From an uncultured archaeon (GTDB lineage Archaea > Asgardarchaeota > Thorarchaeia > Thorarchaeales > Thorarchaeaceae), in NCBI GenBank assembly GCA_964648855.1, contig CAZYLT010000003.1, positions 90,001 to 122,000 on the forward strand: a DNA stretch of 32,000 nucleotides. The letters run 5' to 3'. Within the stretch, counting starts at the first letter, position 1. The number at the start of each line of letters is the position of its first letter. The translations under genes and the position numbers were made by a program. This document shows, piece after piece, positions 17,190 through 26,440 of the stretch. The notes beneath the pieces are model-generated. The model saw nothing but the letters and a program-made list of their open reading frames with translations. It searched no databases and was not told the origin of the DNA.

Positions 17190-19793
17190 TCATTCTGTTC
17201 TCCGCTTGAGTTCATCCTGAATCTCCTTCAGACGGAGAAGAGCATCCATTGGTGTAGTTCTCTCAAGGTCCATGATTTTAATTCTCTCCAATAGCGGATC
17301 CTCTACTGTCAGTGGCTCAAGACTAGTTTGCATCACTTCCGTACTGTCAATATCCTCTTCAGTTATTGCAACTCGATTATCATTCTCAAGTTTTTGTAAC
17401 ATCTTCCTGGCTCGAATTACGACATTTTCGGGTACCCCGGCCAGAGAAGCCACATGGACCCCATAGCTCTTATCGGTACCACCATCGACAACCTTGTAAA
17501 GAAACACAATAGAATCTCCTGATTCCTTAGCAAGGGTATGTACATTCTTGACTCCATGGTATGTTTCTGCCATGTCCGTTAGCTGATGATAATGAGTGGC
17601 AAAGAGCGTACGTGTCTTCATTTTCACTATCTCTTCAGCAACTGCCCACGCCAAAGCCATCCCATCAAAGGTCGAGGTACCCCTGCCAATTTCATCCAAG
17701 ATTACGAGCGACCGGTCTGTCGCATTGTTTAGGATGTTCGCAGTTTCAACCATCTCTACCATGAATGTTGACTGCCTACCGGTCAGATCATCAAAAGCAC
17801 CCACTCTCGTAAAAATCCTATCAACGATGCCAATCTCTGCATTCCTTGCAGGAACAAAGGACCCCATCTGTGCCATCAACACAATGAGAGCAGACTGGCG
17901 CATGTAGGTACTCTTGCCCCCCATGTTTGGTCCAGTCACGATCAGAAGTGTTGTTCCTCCATCACCAATTTCTAAGCTGTTTGGAACAAACTCATTTTGC
18001 CCAAGAATCATCTCCATTGCTGGATGTCTGCCATCTGTTATCTTGATCTTGGTTGATTCAGAAAAGATTGGCCTAGAATATTGCCTCTTCACGGCTGTTT
18101 CTGCCAAACAATACAGGACATCTATGGCCGCAATAGCCTCTGTATTCTTTCTTAGCGCATCTAGGTTTTCTTTAACTTGCTCGCGCAGCTCCTCATATAT
18201 CTCATACTCGAGGTCATGAATCCTTTCTTCTCCTGAGAGAACGGCAGCCTCCTTTTCTTTCAGCTCAGGGATGATGTATCTTTCCGCATTTGTGAGAGTC
18301 TGTTTCCGCTCGTAATCGTCGGGTACAGATTCAACATTGGACTTGGTGACTTCAATATAATATCCAAATACTTTGTTGTATCCGACTTTCAGTGATTTTA
18401 TTCCTGTTCGCTTTCTCTCCTTTGTCTGCAGGGATGCAATCCATTTCTTATCACTTGATATTGAGTTCCTTAACTCGTCCAAGTCATCGTTAAAACCATC
18501 ACGAATTATTCCTCCCTCTCGAACCGTAACAGGAGGGTCTTCCACTAGTGCAGCCTTGAGAGTGTCTACCAACTCGGTTAAGGGGTCAATGGCGCCGAGG
18601 GAACCAACAATCATCTTGGATTCAAGACCACTCAAACTATCCTTTATGCTGGGAATCTTCAAAAGCGCATCTCGAAGCTGAGCAAGGTTTCTTGCTCCCC
18701 CTGTGCCAAACACAACCCGACTCGTTGTCCTTTCCAAGTCTCCCAATTCCCGGAGACTCCTGTAGGCCTCAGACCTATGCATAGCATTTCTTGCTAGTTC
18801 TTCCACTGAGTCAAGGCGCGTGCCAATGGATTTGATATCCTGTAAGGGTTGCAGTAGCCAAGATTTGAGTTTTCTTTTTCCCATTGGAGTGGCATTCTTC
18901 GAAAAAACCTCAAGAAGAGTGCCTCGCGTTGTATTCTCACGTGCATTACGTACAAGCTCAAGATTTCTTTGAGTAGTCGCATCAAGAATGAGGTAGTCAT
19001 TTAAGCTATAGGTCCGTAGACCGGAGATTGTCACCGCGTTCATCTTGTGCACCTCATGCAGGTACTCCAAAACAGCACCACAGGCTCCTACCGCGACTCT
19101 CTTTTCTGCCAGTCCGAATCCATCTAAAGTAGACACTCCAAATTGATTCTTGAGCAGCTTCTCGGCACTTCTTGCAGAAAAATCAGCAGAGGGCCTCGTG
19201 GTTATTTTTGTCCCCATATCTGTCAGGACTTCCCGAATCTTCTGATTCCTTGAGAAATCCTCAGGAAGTAATACTTCTGCCGGACCAATCCGGGCGACCT
19301 CACTCAATACTCCTTCATCGTAGATGCTTCCTTGCGTTTCGGTGGCGATGAAATCACCAGTTGAAACGTCAACGGCTGCAATCCCTATCTGGCCATCATG
19401 TTCAATAAACGCTGCAAGGTAGTTATTTGATTCTGCATCCAGCATATTTGATTCAATAATTGTACCTGGAGTCACGACGCGAACGACATCTCTTTTGACC
19501 AAACCCTTGGCTTGAGAGGCATCTTCCACTTGGTCTGCAATGGCAACAGTTTCACCCGCTTCAAGCAGCTTCGCCACATACCCATCAACAGAATGATACG
19601 GCACACCGCACATTGGCCATCTGTCCACTCCCTCTCCTCTTGCCGTTAGAACAATGTCAAGAATCTGACTTGCCTTTTTCGCATCTTCGTTAAACATCTC
19701 ATAGAAGTCGCCGAGTCTAAAGAGAAGAATACAATCTGGATACTGGCGTTTTATCTGCAAGTATTGACGCTGCATAGGCGTATTCTTCTTCAT
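17190..19793 (-). CDS. mutS: DNA mismatch repair protein MutS (MutS1)
   Basis: TPMQRQY, mismatch-binding GDFYEMF, Walker A TGPNMGGKST, STFMVEM, DEIGRGTST, ATHYH and SYG motifs. Confidence 0.98.
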   Translation of the reverse strand: MKKNTPMQRQYLQIKRQYPDCILLFRLGDFYEMFNEDAKKASQILDIVLTARGEGVDRWPMCGVPYHSVDGYVAKLLEAGETVAIADQVEDASQAKGLVKRDVVRVVTPGTIIESNMLDAESNNYLAAFIEHDGQIGIAAVDVSTGDFIATETQGSIYDEGVLSEVARIGPAEVLLPEDFSRNQKIREVLTDMGTKITTRPSADFSARSAEKLLKNQFGVSTLDGFGLAEKRVAVGACGAVLEYLHEVHKMNAVTISGLRTYSLNDYLILDATTQRNLELVRNARENTTRGTLLEVFSKNATPMGKRKLKSWLLQPLQDIKSIGTRLDSVEELARNAMHRSEAYRSLRELGDLERTTSRVVFGTGGARNLAQLRDALLKIPSIKDSLSGLESKMIVGSLGAIDPLTELVDTLKAALVEDPPVTVREGGIIRDGFNDDLDELRNSISSDKKWIASLQTKERKRTGIKSLKVGYNKVFGYYIEVTKSNVESVPDDYERKQTLTNAERYIIPELKEKEAAVLSGEERIHDLEYEIYEELREQVKENLDALRKNTEAIAAIDVLYCLAETAVKRQYSRPIFSESTKIKITDGRHPAMEMILGQNEFVPNSLEIGDGGTTLLIVTGPNMGGKSTYMRQSALIVLMAQMGSFVPARNAEIGIVDRIFTRVGAFDDLTGRQSTFMVEMVETANILNNATDRSLVILDEIGRGTSTFDGMALAWAVAEEIVKMKTRTLFATHYHQLTDMAETYHGVKNVHTLAKESGDSIVFLYKVVDGGTDKSYGVHVASLAGVPENVVIRARKMLQKLENDNRVAITEEDIDSTEVMQTSLEPLTVEDPLLERIKIMDLERTTPMDALLRLKEIQDELKRRTE

Positions 19794-19906
19794 TCAGATT
19801 CACAACATGAAATCCTAGACTAACCTGTCTAATATAATCGCATCGATGACCGGTACTCTCAAGGAAGACGTGATTTCTGCATTCAACATAGGATTTGATA
19901 CCTAAT

Positions 19907-20584
19907 CTACATGATTGGGTCTAATCCGGTAAAGAACGAAATTGCCAGCAATATCCCAATGGTCAATAGCCCTGCAAGAATTGTTTTTGCTGTGTATTTT
20001 GCAGTACTGGCTCCTGACATCTGACCCAAGTATATTCCCAAAATGAATAGGAGAATGAATCCCATCCCAATCGCAGCTACAAAAGATTCCCAATAACCAA
20101 TTACTCCAAAAAGGGCGAGAATCATTGGTATGATTGTGACCAGAATCGAGAGAGCTGGGGTGGCTCCATTCACAAATGAAACGAACATTGTTGTTTCTCG
20201 TTCAGCCCTTAGAATAAGCGAATGGCTCAGTTTTACACCACCGTCATTTTCCAATTCCTTGATGAGATGTTCGCCTTCTGCTGATTCGGTGAGGTAGGTC
20301 GCTCCAAAGCCGGCAATAAAGTGAGCTATTCCTGCTCCGAAGGCTGCTAGTAGAGTAGCTTGGAATACTAAGAACATGTCTTGGAAATGTATAGCGATGA
20401 AGCCACCAGTTATAATCCCTAGTACAGGCAGTACGCCATCAAACACATCTATGGCAATGTGGCGTCTCACAATTTCCATTCGATGAGTTACTCTGAGTTC
20501 CTCTTGTAGCCGCTCAAGTATGGTAGTTTCCTTCCCGGCGTTATATCCTTGATCATCTTTTTCGATACTAGATGCCATTCCCAA
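19907..20584 (-). CDS. VIT1/CCC1-family membrane transporter (Fe/Mn), paralog 2
   Basis: FDGVLPVLG and YLTESAE motifs; about 5 TM helices; clearly similar to the adjacent gene. The start may be ATG 20578. Confidence 0.75.
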   Translation of the reverse strand: MGMASSIEKDDQGYNAGKETTILERLQEELRVTHRMEIVRRHIAIDVFDGVLPVLGIITGGFIAIHFQDMFLVFQATLLAAFGAGIAHFIAGFGATYLTESAEGEHLIKELENDGGVKLSHSLILRAERETTMFVSFVNGATPALSILVTIIPMILALFGVIGYWESFVAAIGMGFILLFILGIYLGQMSGASTAKYTAKTILAGLLTIGILLAISFFTGLDPIM

Positions 20585-20637
20585 TCCCGTTTTCTGTTGT
20601 TGTTTTTACATATGAATTGTAGTAAGGGCCTCTTCCC

Positions 20638-21300
20638 TTACGCCCCAGTAAACAAGGATATCAACCACATTAAAATGACTACGATAAAACCAGCAGCTAG
20701 TGTCTTGAAACCATAAGAAATGGTATTCGTCTTTGAAACACTACCTAAGAACATTCCGAGGATAAATAGAAGGACAAGTCCTGCCGCTACGCAGTAAATG
20801 AATGCAGTAAACACAGATGCTATTCCGAGAGGGACCAGAATGAGGGGGGCTATTGTTGCCAAAACAGATAATGCTGGGGAGAAACCGTTTATCAAAGATA
20901 CTACTATTGTTGCAGTTCGCGTCGCCTTTGCATATGCTGACCGACTCAAATCTGATAGCATAGATCGTTCTAACTCTTTGAAATCTCGTTTCCTTTCTGC
21001 CTTCTCAGTTAGATATGAAGAAGAAATACCTGACACAAACATGGCGAGGCCAGTTCCGACTGCAGCCAAGAGGGTGGTTGTGTATACGGTTTCGGGTGCA
21101 GAATTTGCCAGAGCGATGATTCCCCCCAACACTATTCCCATCACCGGAAGAACGCCGTCAAAGGAATTCATCGCCAAGTAACGTCGCGCAATTTCTACAC
21201 CTTCCACATATTGCAGTTGAGTAGTTATTTTGTCAATGAAATTGGTTTTTCCATTCTCATTGTACCCAAATACAGCTTCATGGTTTTCGTCTTCAGCCAA
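20638..21300 (-). CDS. VIT1/CCC1-family membrane transporter (Fe/Mn), paralog 1
   Basis: NSFDGVLPVMG and AMFVSGISSSYLTEKAER motifs; about 5 TM helices; TTG start with GAGGA SD. Confidence 0.8.
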   Translation of the reverse strand: MAEDENHEAVFGYNENGKTNFIDKITTQLQYVEGVEIARRYLAMNSFDGVLPVMGIVLGGIIALANSAPETVYTTTLLAAVGTGLAMFVSGISSSYLTEKAERKRDFKELERSMLSDLSRSAYAKATRTATIVVSLINGFSPALSVLATIAPLILVPLGIASVFTAFIYCVAAGLVLLFILGMFLGSVSKTNTISYGFKTLAAGFIVVILMWLISLFTGA

Positions 21301-21443
21301 TCAGATTCCTCAGCCATGCTTCTGAGTAGATGTATATCAATGATTCTTAATGGTAAAATCATTCATATTTCTGATATCAACCGACTGATTTTTCATGGCG
21401 GATTTGCTATTGCACAAGACCGCTATGTCTGTGAGGGTATTCG

Positions 21444-22655
21444 TTGGAAGACATTGAACAGTACGATGCAGTAATCATAGGTGCTGGACCTGCGGGATTA
21501 TCAACTGCAGGGGTGATTGCCAAAAAGGGGTTTAGGACCCTCATAGTTGAACGAAAATCGAGGGTAGGTATTCCTGTGCTTTGTGGAGAATTCCTGCCTA
21601 CAGTACGGGAACTGCGAGATATACTGCCCAACTCGAAAAGGGTTGACAGAGTCTGCGATATTCACAACTCGATGGTTTTGAATCGTTGCAGGCATATCGT
21701 GTTAGTTTCACCTTATGGTTATGAATATGAGATTCCTATGAGAGCTAGGGTCATAGACCGTGCAGCTTTTGACCAGTATTTGGTGGAGCGCGCTGTCAAT
21801 GCTGGAGCTCATCTCGTAACAGGAACAAGACTCAAAGAACGAGTTGACCAGAATCAGGTCCGATTGATTTCAGGCAAAACGAGTAGGATTGTCAATTACA
21901 CTGCTTTGGTTGGTGCGGATGGTCCTTTGTCTAAAGTAGCACGCTGTGTGCCAGGACTGAGTCAGCAAGGAAAGAATGACCTGAGCACATCGATACAATA
22001 TACCATTGAAGGAACTGGATTTGATTCCGATAGAATCTTTATGTTCTTCGGTAATATGGCGCCTGGGGGATATGCATGGGTAATTCCGAGAGGTCCTTCT
22101 GAGGCCAATGTAGGGCTTGGGTTGAGACATTCCTATGCACACCCAGCAAAACCTCTGAGAGATTATCTTGAACATTTTATTGACAACTGCCTCAATGAAT
22201 CTTTGGGGATACGGCATTCCAAAATCAAGAGAAAAATTAGTGCGTTTATTCCTGTCAATGGACCTGTCCCTAATACTACTGCTGATGATGCTCTTCTTGT
22301 CGGTGATGCTGCATCTCATGTCATGTCAACAAATGGAGGCGGCATTCCAACAGCCCTGATTGGTGGTGATATTGCAGGCGAAGCCATAGCGAACTTTTTC
22401 GAAGAGGAAGCGCAATTATCCAATTACGAGGAAACGTGGCGCAGGGAATTTGGTCAGGAGCTGGCTACAGGCGCATCGCTTCTTTCAATAGCAGGCATCC
22501 CGATGTTGAGTGACTGCCTTACAGAACGGGCTATGAGATTCTTCGGAAGACGTATACTTAATGATGTCATCCGCTGCAGAATACCTTATCCGTTCCAACA
22601 AATGACTTCGTCCATCAATTTTGTAACTAGCACAATCAAACGTCTGTTCCAATGA
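21444..22655 (+). CDS. Geranylgeranyl reductase-family FAD oxidoreductase
   Basis: IIGAGPAG, LCGE, DRAAFD, GADG, PGGYAWVIP, VGDAA and GGGI motifs. Confidence 0.92.
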   Translation: MEDIEQYDAVIIGAGPAGLSTAGVIAKKGFRTLIVERKSRVGIPVLCGEFLPTVRELRDILPNSKRVDRVCDIHNSMVLNRCRHIVLVSPYGYEYEIPMRARVIDRAAFDQYLVERAVNAGAHLVTGTRLKERVDQNQVRLISGKTSRIVNYTALVGADGPLSKVARCVPGLSQQGKNDLSTSIQYTIEGTGFDSDRIFMFFGNMAPGGYAWVIPRGPSEANVGLGLRHSYAHPAKPLRDYLEHFIDNCLNESLGIRHSKIKRKISAFIPVNGPVPNTTADDALLVGDAASHVMSTNGGGIPTALIGGDIAGEAIANFFEEEAQLSNYEETWRREFGQELATGASLLSIAGIPMLSDCLTERAMRFFGRRILNDVIRCRIPYPFQQMTSSINFVTSTIKRLFQ

Positions 22656-22683
22656 CCCCATACCATGGCATCCGAATTGCCCA

Positions 22684-23757
22684 CTAGAATTTACGTTGAA
22701 CCACAAAGTCTGCAAGGTCAATAAAGAGTTCTTTGTTTGGAAACTTCATGGCCCTTATTGCTACCTTTGATGCATTGGCAAAATTCTTTGCACGGTCTGT
22801 TGCCCGGTCTATTGCTCCAGAGTCATCAATGAGTGTGAGAGCCAAGGAGTAATTTCCCCTGCTAATCTCCTCAACACACTCATCTCTCACGTCAGGCTCG
22901 CACGATTCTAATGCATATAACAGAACCAGATTGCTACTACCGGCTTGAAGGTCGGTTAGAACTGACTTTCCTGATACCTCTGAACCGGATGTGAAATCAA
23001 TCACATCATCGCGAATCTGAAATGCATATCCTAGATTCTCAGCATATTCAACCAATCCTCTGACTTCTCTATCACCTGCCCTGCCCACAGCTGATCCAAT
23101 ATTTACGGCTTCTATCATGAAAGAAACGGTCTTTCTTTTTGCAACTTGAAGGTATTCGTCTTCACTAAAAGAAAGGAGCTCGTTGACACTCAAAATTGAA
23201 TCCTGTGCTTCCCCTTCGCACATGGCAATGCCCGTTCTTCCAATCTGCTTTATCAGGTCAGGAGTTCCCCATTTTCCTATGATCTCAAAAGCTTGTGAGA
23301 TCAGCAAATCAGATGCCAATATTGCAATCTTCTCACCGAATTTCTTATGAACCGTCGTCACTCCTCTACGGATTTCTGCGTTATCGATTATATCATCATG
23401 GATTAGACTTGCTGTTTGAAGCAGTTCTGCGGCAACTGTGATTGGGAGAATTCTCTCCAATTCGCCATTCACAGACTCGCATGCCAAGTACGTCAAGAGA
23501 GACCTTATTCTTTTTCCACCTGCTTTAACCAGGTGATATGCCGCATGATAGAGAGCCTCAGGAGTGCCTTGATTGTTTGAAATGAATCTAGCAACTTCTT
23601 CATCGATGAGCTTCAGCCTTTTGCTAATGGCAACCCCAAGAGGCAGGAATGATGTTCGCTCGCTGTATTGAACATCTTTTGATTTAAAATGATTCTCAGA
23701 ATCTGTAGTGGACAAGCGGTGTTTGTCAGTAGACCCTTCCTTCAATTCATAATCCAT
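22684..23757 (-). CDS. Trans-polyprenyl diphosphate synthase, probably medium/long chain
   Basis: GGKRIR, first Asp-rich motif ASLIHDDIID followed by RRG, KT motif, and second Asp-rich motif FQIRDDVID. Confidence 0.93.
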   Translation of the reverse strand: MDYELKEGSTDKHRLSTTDSENHFKSKDVQYSERTSFLPLGVAISKRLKLIDEEVARFISNNQGTPEALYHAAYHLVKAGGKRIRSLLTYLACESVNGELERILPITVAAELLQTASLIHDDIIDNAEIRRGVTTVHKKFGEKIAILASDLLISQAFEIIGKWGTPDLIKQIGRTGIAMCEGEAQDSILSVNELLSFSEDEYLQVAKRKTVSFMIEAVNIGSAVGRAGDREVRGLVEYAENLGYAFQIRDDVIDFTSGSEVSGKSVLTDLQAGSSNLVLLYALESCEPDVRDECVEEISRGNYSLALTLIDDSGAIDRATDRAKNFANASKVAIRAMKFPNKELFIDLADFVVQRKF

Positions 23758-23849
23758 CCCCAGGATAATTTGCCCGATGGCATCGCTCAGCTATTATAGA
23801 TTCCGTAAATGACAGCATCTCTTCTTTTATTGATGTTTCATCTAATTGA

Positions 23850-23864
23850 TATCTCATTGAGATA
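23850..23864. promoter_or_regulatory. Candidate operator between the divergent polyprenyl synthase and menA-like genes
   Basis: Perfect 7-1-7 inverted repeat TATCTCA-T-TGAGATA near the centre of the 180-bp intergenic region. Confidence 0.45.
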
Positions 23865-23937
23865 GGACCGCCTTCAGGAAAGTTTTTACCGGCTCGTATT
23901 TTGAGCTTTGTTGCATTAATAGCATGCTATTCGTACA

Positions 23938-25008
23938 ATGAAACAGAAGAGAGCTGTAGATATGGCAGACGAATCGGTAGCCGCAAAGAAGAAAGTATTG
24001 GCGTGGAAATCTCAATTGCGTGCCCCTTTTCTCACTGCATCTGGATTGCCTATTGTGCTCGGTACGTGTGTTGCACTCTCAGTCCATGGAATGATATTTT
24101 GGGATTTCTTTATCCTCGCGATTGTTGCTGGACTCTTTCTTCATTTGGGTGCTAACTCTACCAATGACTACTTCGATCACACTGATGAAGGGTCCGGTTC
24201 TGATGACATCAATGTGGATTTGATCAGACCATTCACCGGAGGTAGCAGAATGATACAGAAAGGTTTGCTTCTTCCAAAAGAGGTTCTTGCTGGTTCTCTG
24301 TTATTCTTCACAATGGGCATAATACTTGGACTCTACCTAGCATACAGCCGTGGTTTCTTCATTCTTGTTTTAGGGATTATTGGCGCCAGCTCTGGATTTT
24401 TCTATTCAGCTCCGCCATTTCGATTTGTCAATCGTGGTGTTGGTGAAGCAGTAATTGGCCTGAATTTTGGCGTACTAACCACTTTTGGAGGATACTACGT
24501 CCAAGCGCTTGATTTCAACCCTGAACCTCTCTTCGCATCAATACCTCTTGCGATTCTAATTGCCGGTATTCTCTTCATTAACGAATTCCCAGATTATAAT
24601 GCCGATAAGGGGGCTGGCAAAAGAACTATCGTTGTTCGACTGGGACGGAAAAGGGCTTCAAGATTATATGGCGTCATGATTTTCATATTGTATATTTACA
24701 CACTCGTTGTCGGATTACTTCAATTCATCTCTCCTATGACATTGATGGCGTTTTCGACACTACCCATCGGATTATTCACTGCAAAACACACCCTTCAACA
24801 CTATGATTCTCCACAGGACTTGGCTCCTGCAAATGCATCAGGGGTTGCTCTGCATTTGCTATTTGGGATAAGTTTCAGCTTAGCCTATGTTCTAGAGCAT
24901 CTGAATTTTGGATTGGTTTGGATCACACTATTCGGTGTAGTGTTCCTGTTGTTCAGTTTTCTCTTTGTTTGGCGTATCCGCAAGCCTGTTCATCATGTGG
25001 AAAACTAA
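23938..25008 (+). CDS. menA: MenA/UBIAD1-like 1,4-dihydroxy-2-naphthoate polyprenyltransferase (UbiA superfamily)
   Basis: NSTNDYFD...GSD, GGSRMI, YSAPPF...GVGE...FG and NEFPDYNADKGAGKRTIVVRLG motifs; about 9-10 TM helices. Confidence 0.85.
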   Translation: MKQKRAVDMADESVAAKKKVLAWKSQLRAPFLTASGLPIVLGTCVALSVHGMIFWDFFILAIVAGLFLHLGANSTNDYFDHTDEGSGSDDINVDLIRPFTGGSRMIQKGLLLPKEVLAGSLLFFTMGIILGLYLAYSRGFFILVLGIIGASSGFFYSAPPFRFVNRGVGEAVIGLNFGVLTTFGGYYVQALDFNPEPLFASIPLAILIAGILFINEFPDYNADKGAGKRTIVVRLGRKRASRLYGVMIFILYIYTLVVGLLQFISPMTLMAFSTLPIGLFTAKHTLQHYDSPQDLAPANASGVALHLLFGISFSLAYVLEHLNFGLVWITLFGVVFLLFSFLFVWRIRKPVHHVEN

Positions 25009-25109
25009 TGGTAGACCCCATCCTTGATGTAATAGGGTCGAAACAACAAATAGGTTTTATACATTAAGGCATGATGCATCTATCGCTTATACTCCTGGGA
25101 AGGCGGCAC

Positions 25110-26336
25110 ATGAGATTCAATTCATTGGAAAAGTACGATTTGCGGGAGATGGCATTCAAGTGTGCTCAATGTAGCTACTGCCAGGTTGGGCATGGCGCGT
25201 GCCCTACCTACAAGGTCAAGCGGCTCGATTCTTACTCTGGAAAAGGAAAGATGCTCATCACAAAGGCTCTAATGCTTGACAGGCTAAAGCCAGAGGATGG
25301 ACTTGAAGGGCTTCGAGATGCCATTTTCGGGTGTACTCTCTGTGGCGGCTGTGAAGAAATTTGTCAAGTTGATATCCCATTCGTGAAGCTATACCAGCTA
25401 ATGCGTTTTGAATTTAGAGAGATGGGGCTTTGGCCTGAGGCTATGAATGCAGCTCGTGATACACTTGTCAAATATCGAAACGTACAGGGGCAACCACAGA
25501 CAGACAGGGTAGACGGATGGTCATACTGGCATCCGAATGAAGATAGTCTGGTAAGGCACGAGCGGAAAAACGCCAAGACCGCCTTCTTCATGGGATGTGT
25601 TTCGTCATTCAACGCGGTACCAATTCAAGCAACTATCTCCTCAACTCTCATTCTTGACAAGCTTGGTGAAGACTTCACATTTCTTGGAGATGAAGAGCAG
25701 TGTTGCGGTGCACCTCTTATCATGACAGGTGATTTTGAAACTGCTAGGGAATTTGCAAATCACAATATCAGGAAATTTCATGAATTAGGTGTTGAAAGAA
25801 TCATCACAAATTGTCCGGGGTGTTATCGAATCTGGAAGCAAGAGTATGAAGAATTATTGGGAATCAATCATTCCTTTGAAATTCTATATGGGTATGAGTA
25901 TTTGGCGAATCTTATGGATGAAGGTAGACTGAACAATCTACTTAACCCAGTGGATGTTACAGTTACATTCCATGATGGGTGTGATGCAGGCCGTAATACA
26001 GGTTTCTTTGAAGAACCTAGGAAAATACTAGAGAATATTCCAGGAATTGAGTTCGTGGAGCTACCCCATAATAAGAACAACTGTTACTGCTGCGGTTCGG
26101 GAGGAGTTCTACGTGCATATGATGAAGAATTTGCGTCGAGAATCAGCCAACTAAAAATTCAGGATATTGAAGATACACGGGCAGACTGGGTAATATCTGG
26201 TTGTCCTTCATGTGTCGATTTCCTTCAATATCAACTACCTAACTGGGAGTCAACCAAGAAATCCAAGGATTTGGCTGTTCTTCTTGGCGAGTCCATGGGC
26301 CTCCGGTGGGATGGCTTAGATGATGTATATCGCTAG
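25110..26336 (+). CDS. HdrD/GlpC/GlcF-like Fe-S protein (2x[4Fe-4S] plus two CCG domains)
   Basis: CAQCSYC...CP and CTLCGGCEEIC ferredoxin motifs; CCG domains FMGC..QCCG..NCPGC and HDGC..YCCG..GCPSC. ATG 25110 is preferred because TATA-like TTTTATAC at about 25055 is too close to ATG 25071. Confidence 0.9.
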   Translation: MRFNSLEKYDLREMAFKCAQCSYCQVGHGACPTYKVKRLDSYSGKGKMLITKALMLDRLKPEDGLEGLRDAIFGCTLCGGCEEICQVDIPFVKLYQLMRFEFREMGLWPEAMNAARDTLVKYRNVQGQPQTDRVDGWSYWHPNEDSLVRHERKNAKTAFFMGCVSSFNAVPIQATISSTLILDKLGEDFTFLGDEEQCCGAPLIMTGDFETAREFANHNIRKFHELGVERIITNCPGCYRIWKQEYEELLGINHSFEILYGYEYLANLMDEGRLNNLLNPVDVTVTFHDGCDAGRNTGFFEEPRKILENIPGIEFVELPHNKNNCYCCGSGGVLRAYDEEFASRISQLKIQDIEDTRADWVISGCPSCVDFLQYQLPNWESTKKSKDLAVLLGESMGLRWDGLDDVYR

Positions 26337-26440
26337 ATCTATTGACAGTAATGGCACAAAGAAAGCGGAGACAATCCGGTATGGAAATACCCGATCACTG
26401 TTTAATGAATCACCATTTAGCAAATTGAGCAGGGAATGAT

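Noticed and set aside
12427-22319. Many 60-150 aa alternative-frame and antisense ORFs over mutL, mutS, rpe, VIT1 and GGR
   Set aside because: They are shadow ORFs of well-supported genes with no recognisable domains.
23938-25008. Reading the GGR/prenyl synthase/UbiA trio as an archaeal ether-lipid (DGGGP synthase) cluster
   Set aside because: The prenyltransferase lacks the DxxNxPxRPxxSG pattern of DGGGP synthases and has MenA-type motifs, and the prenyl synthase lacks the aromatic C20 stop residue. The GGR alone could still act on lipids.
25014-26391. Short inverted repeats GACCC..GGGTC after menA and GGTAT-GGAA-ATACC after the Fe-S gene
   Set aside because: The stems are only about 5 bp with no adjacent U-tract, which is compatible with chance.
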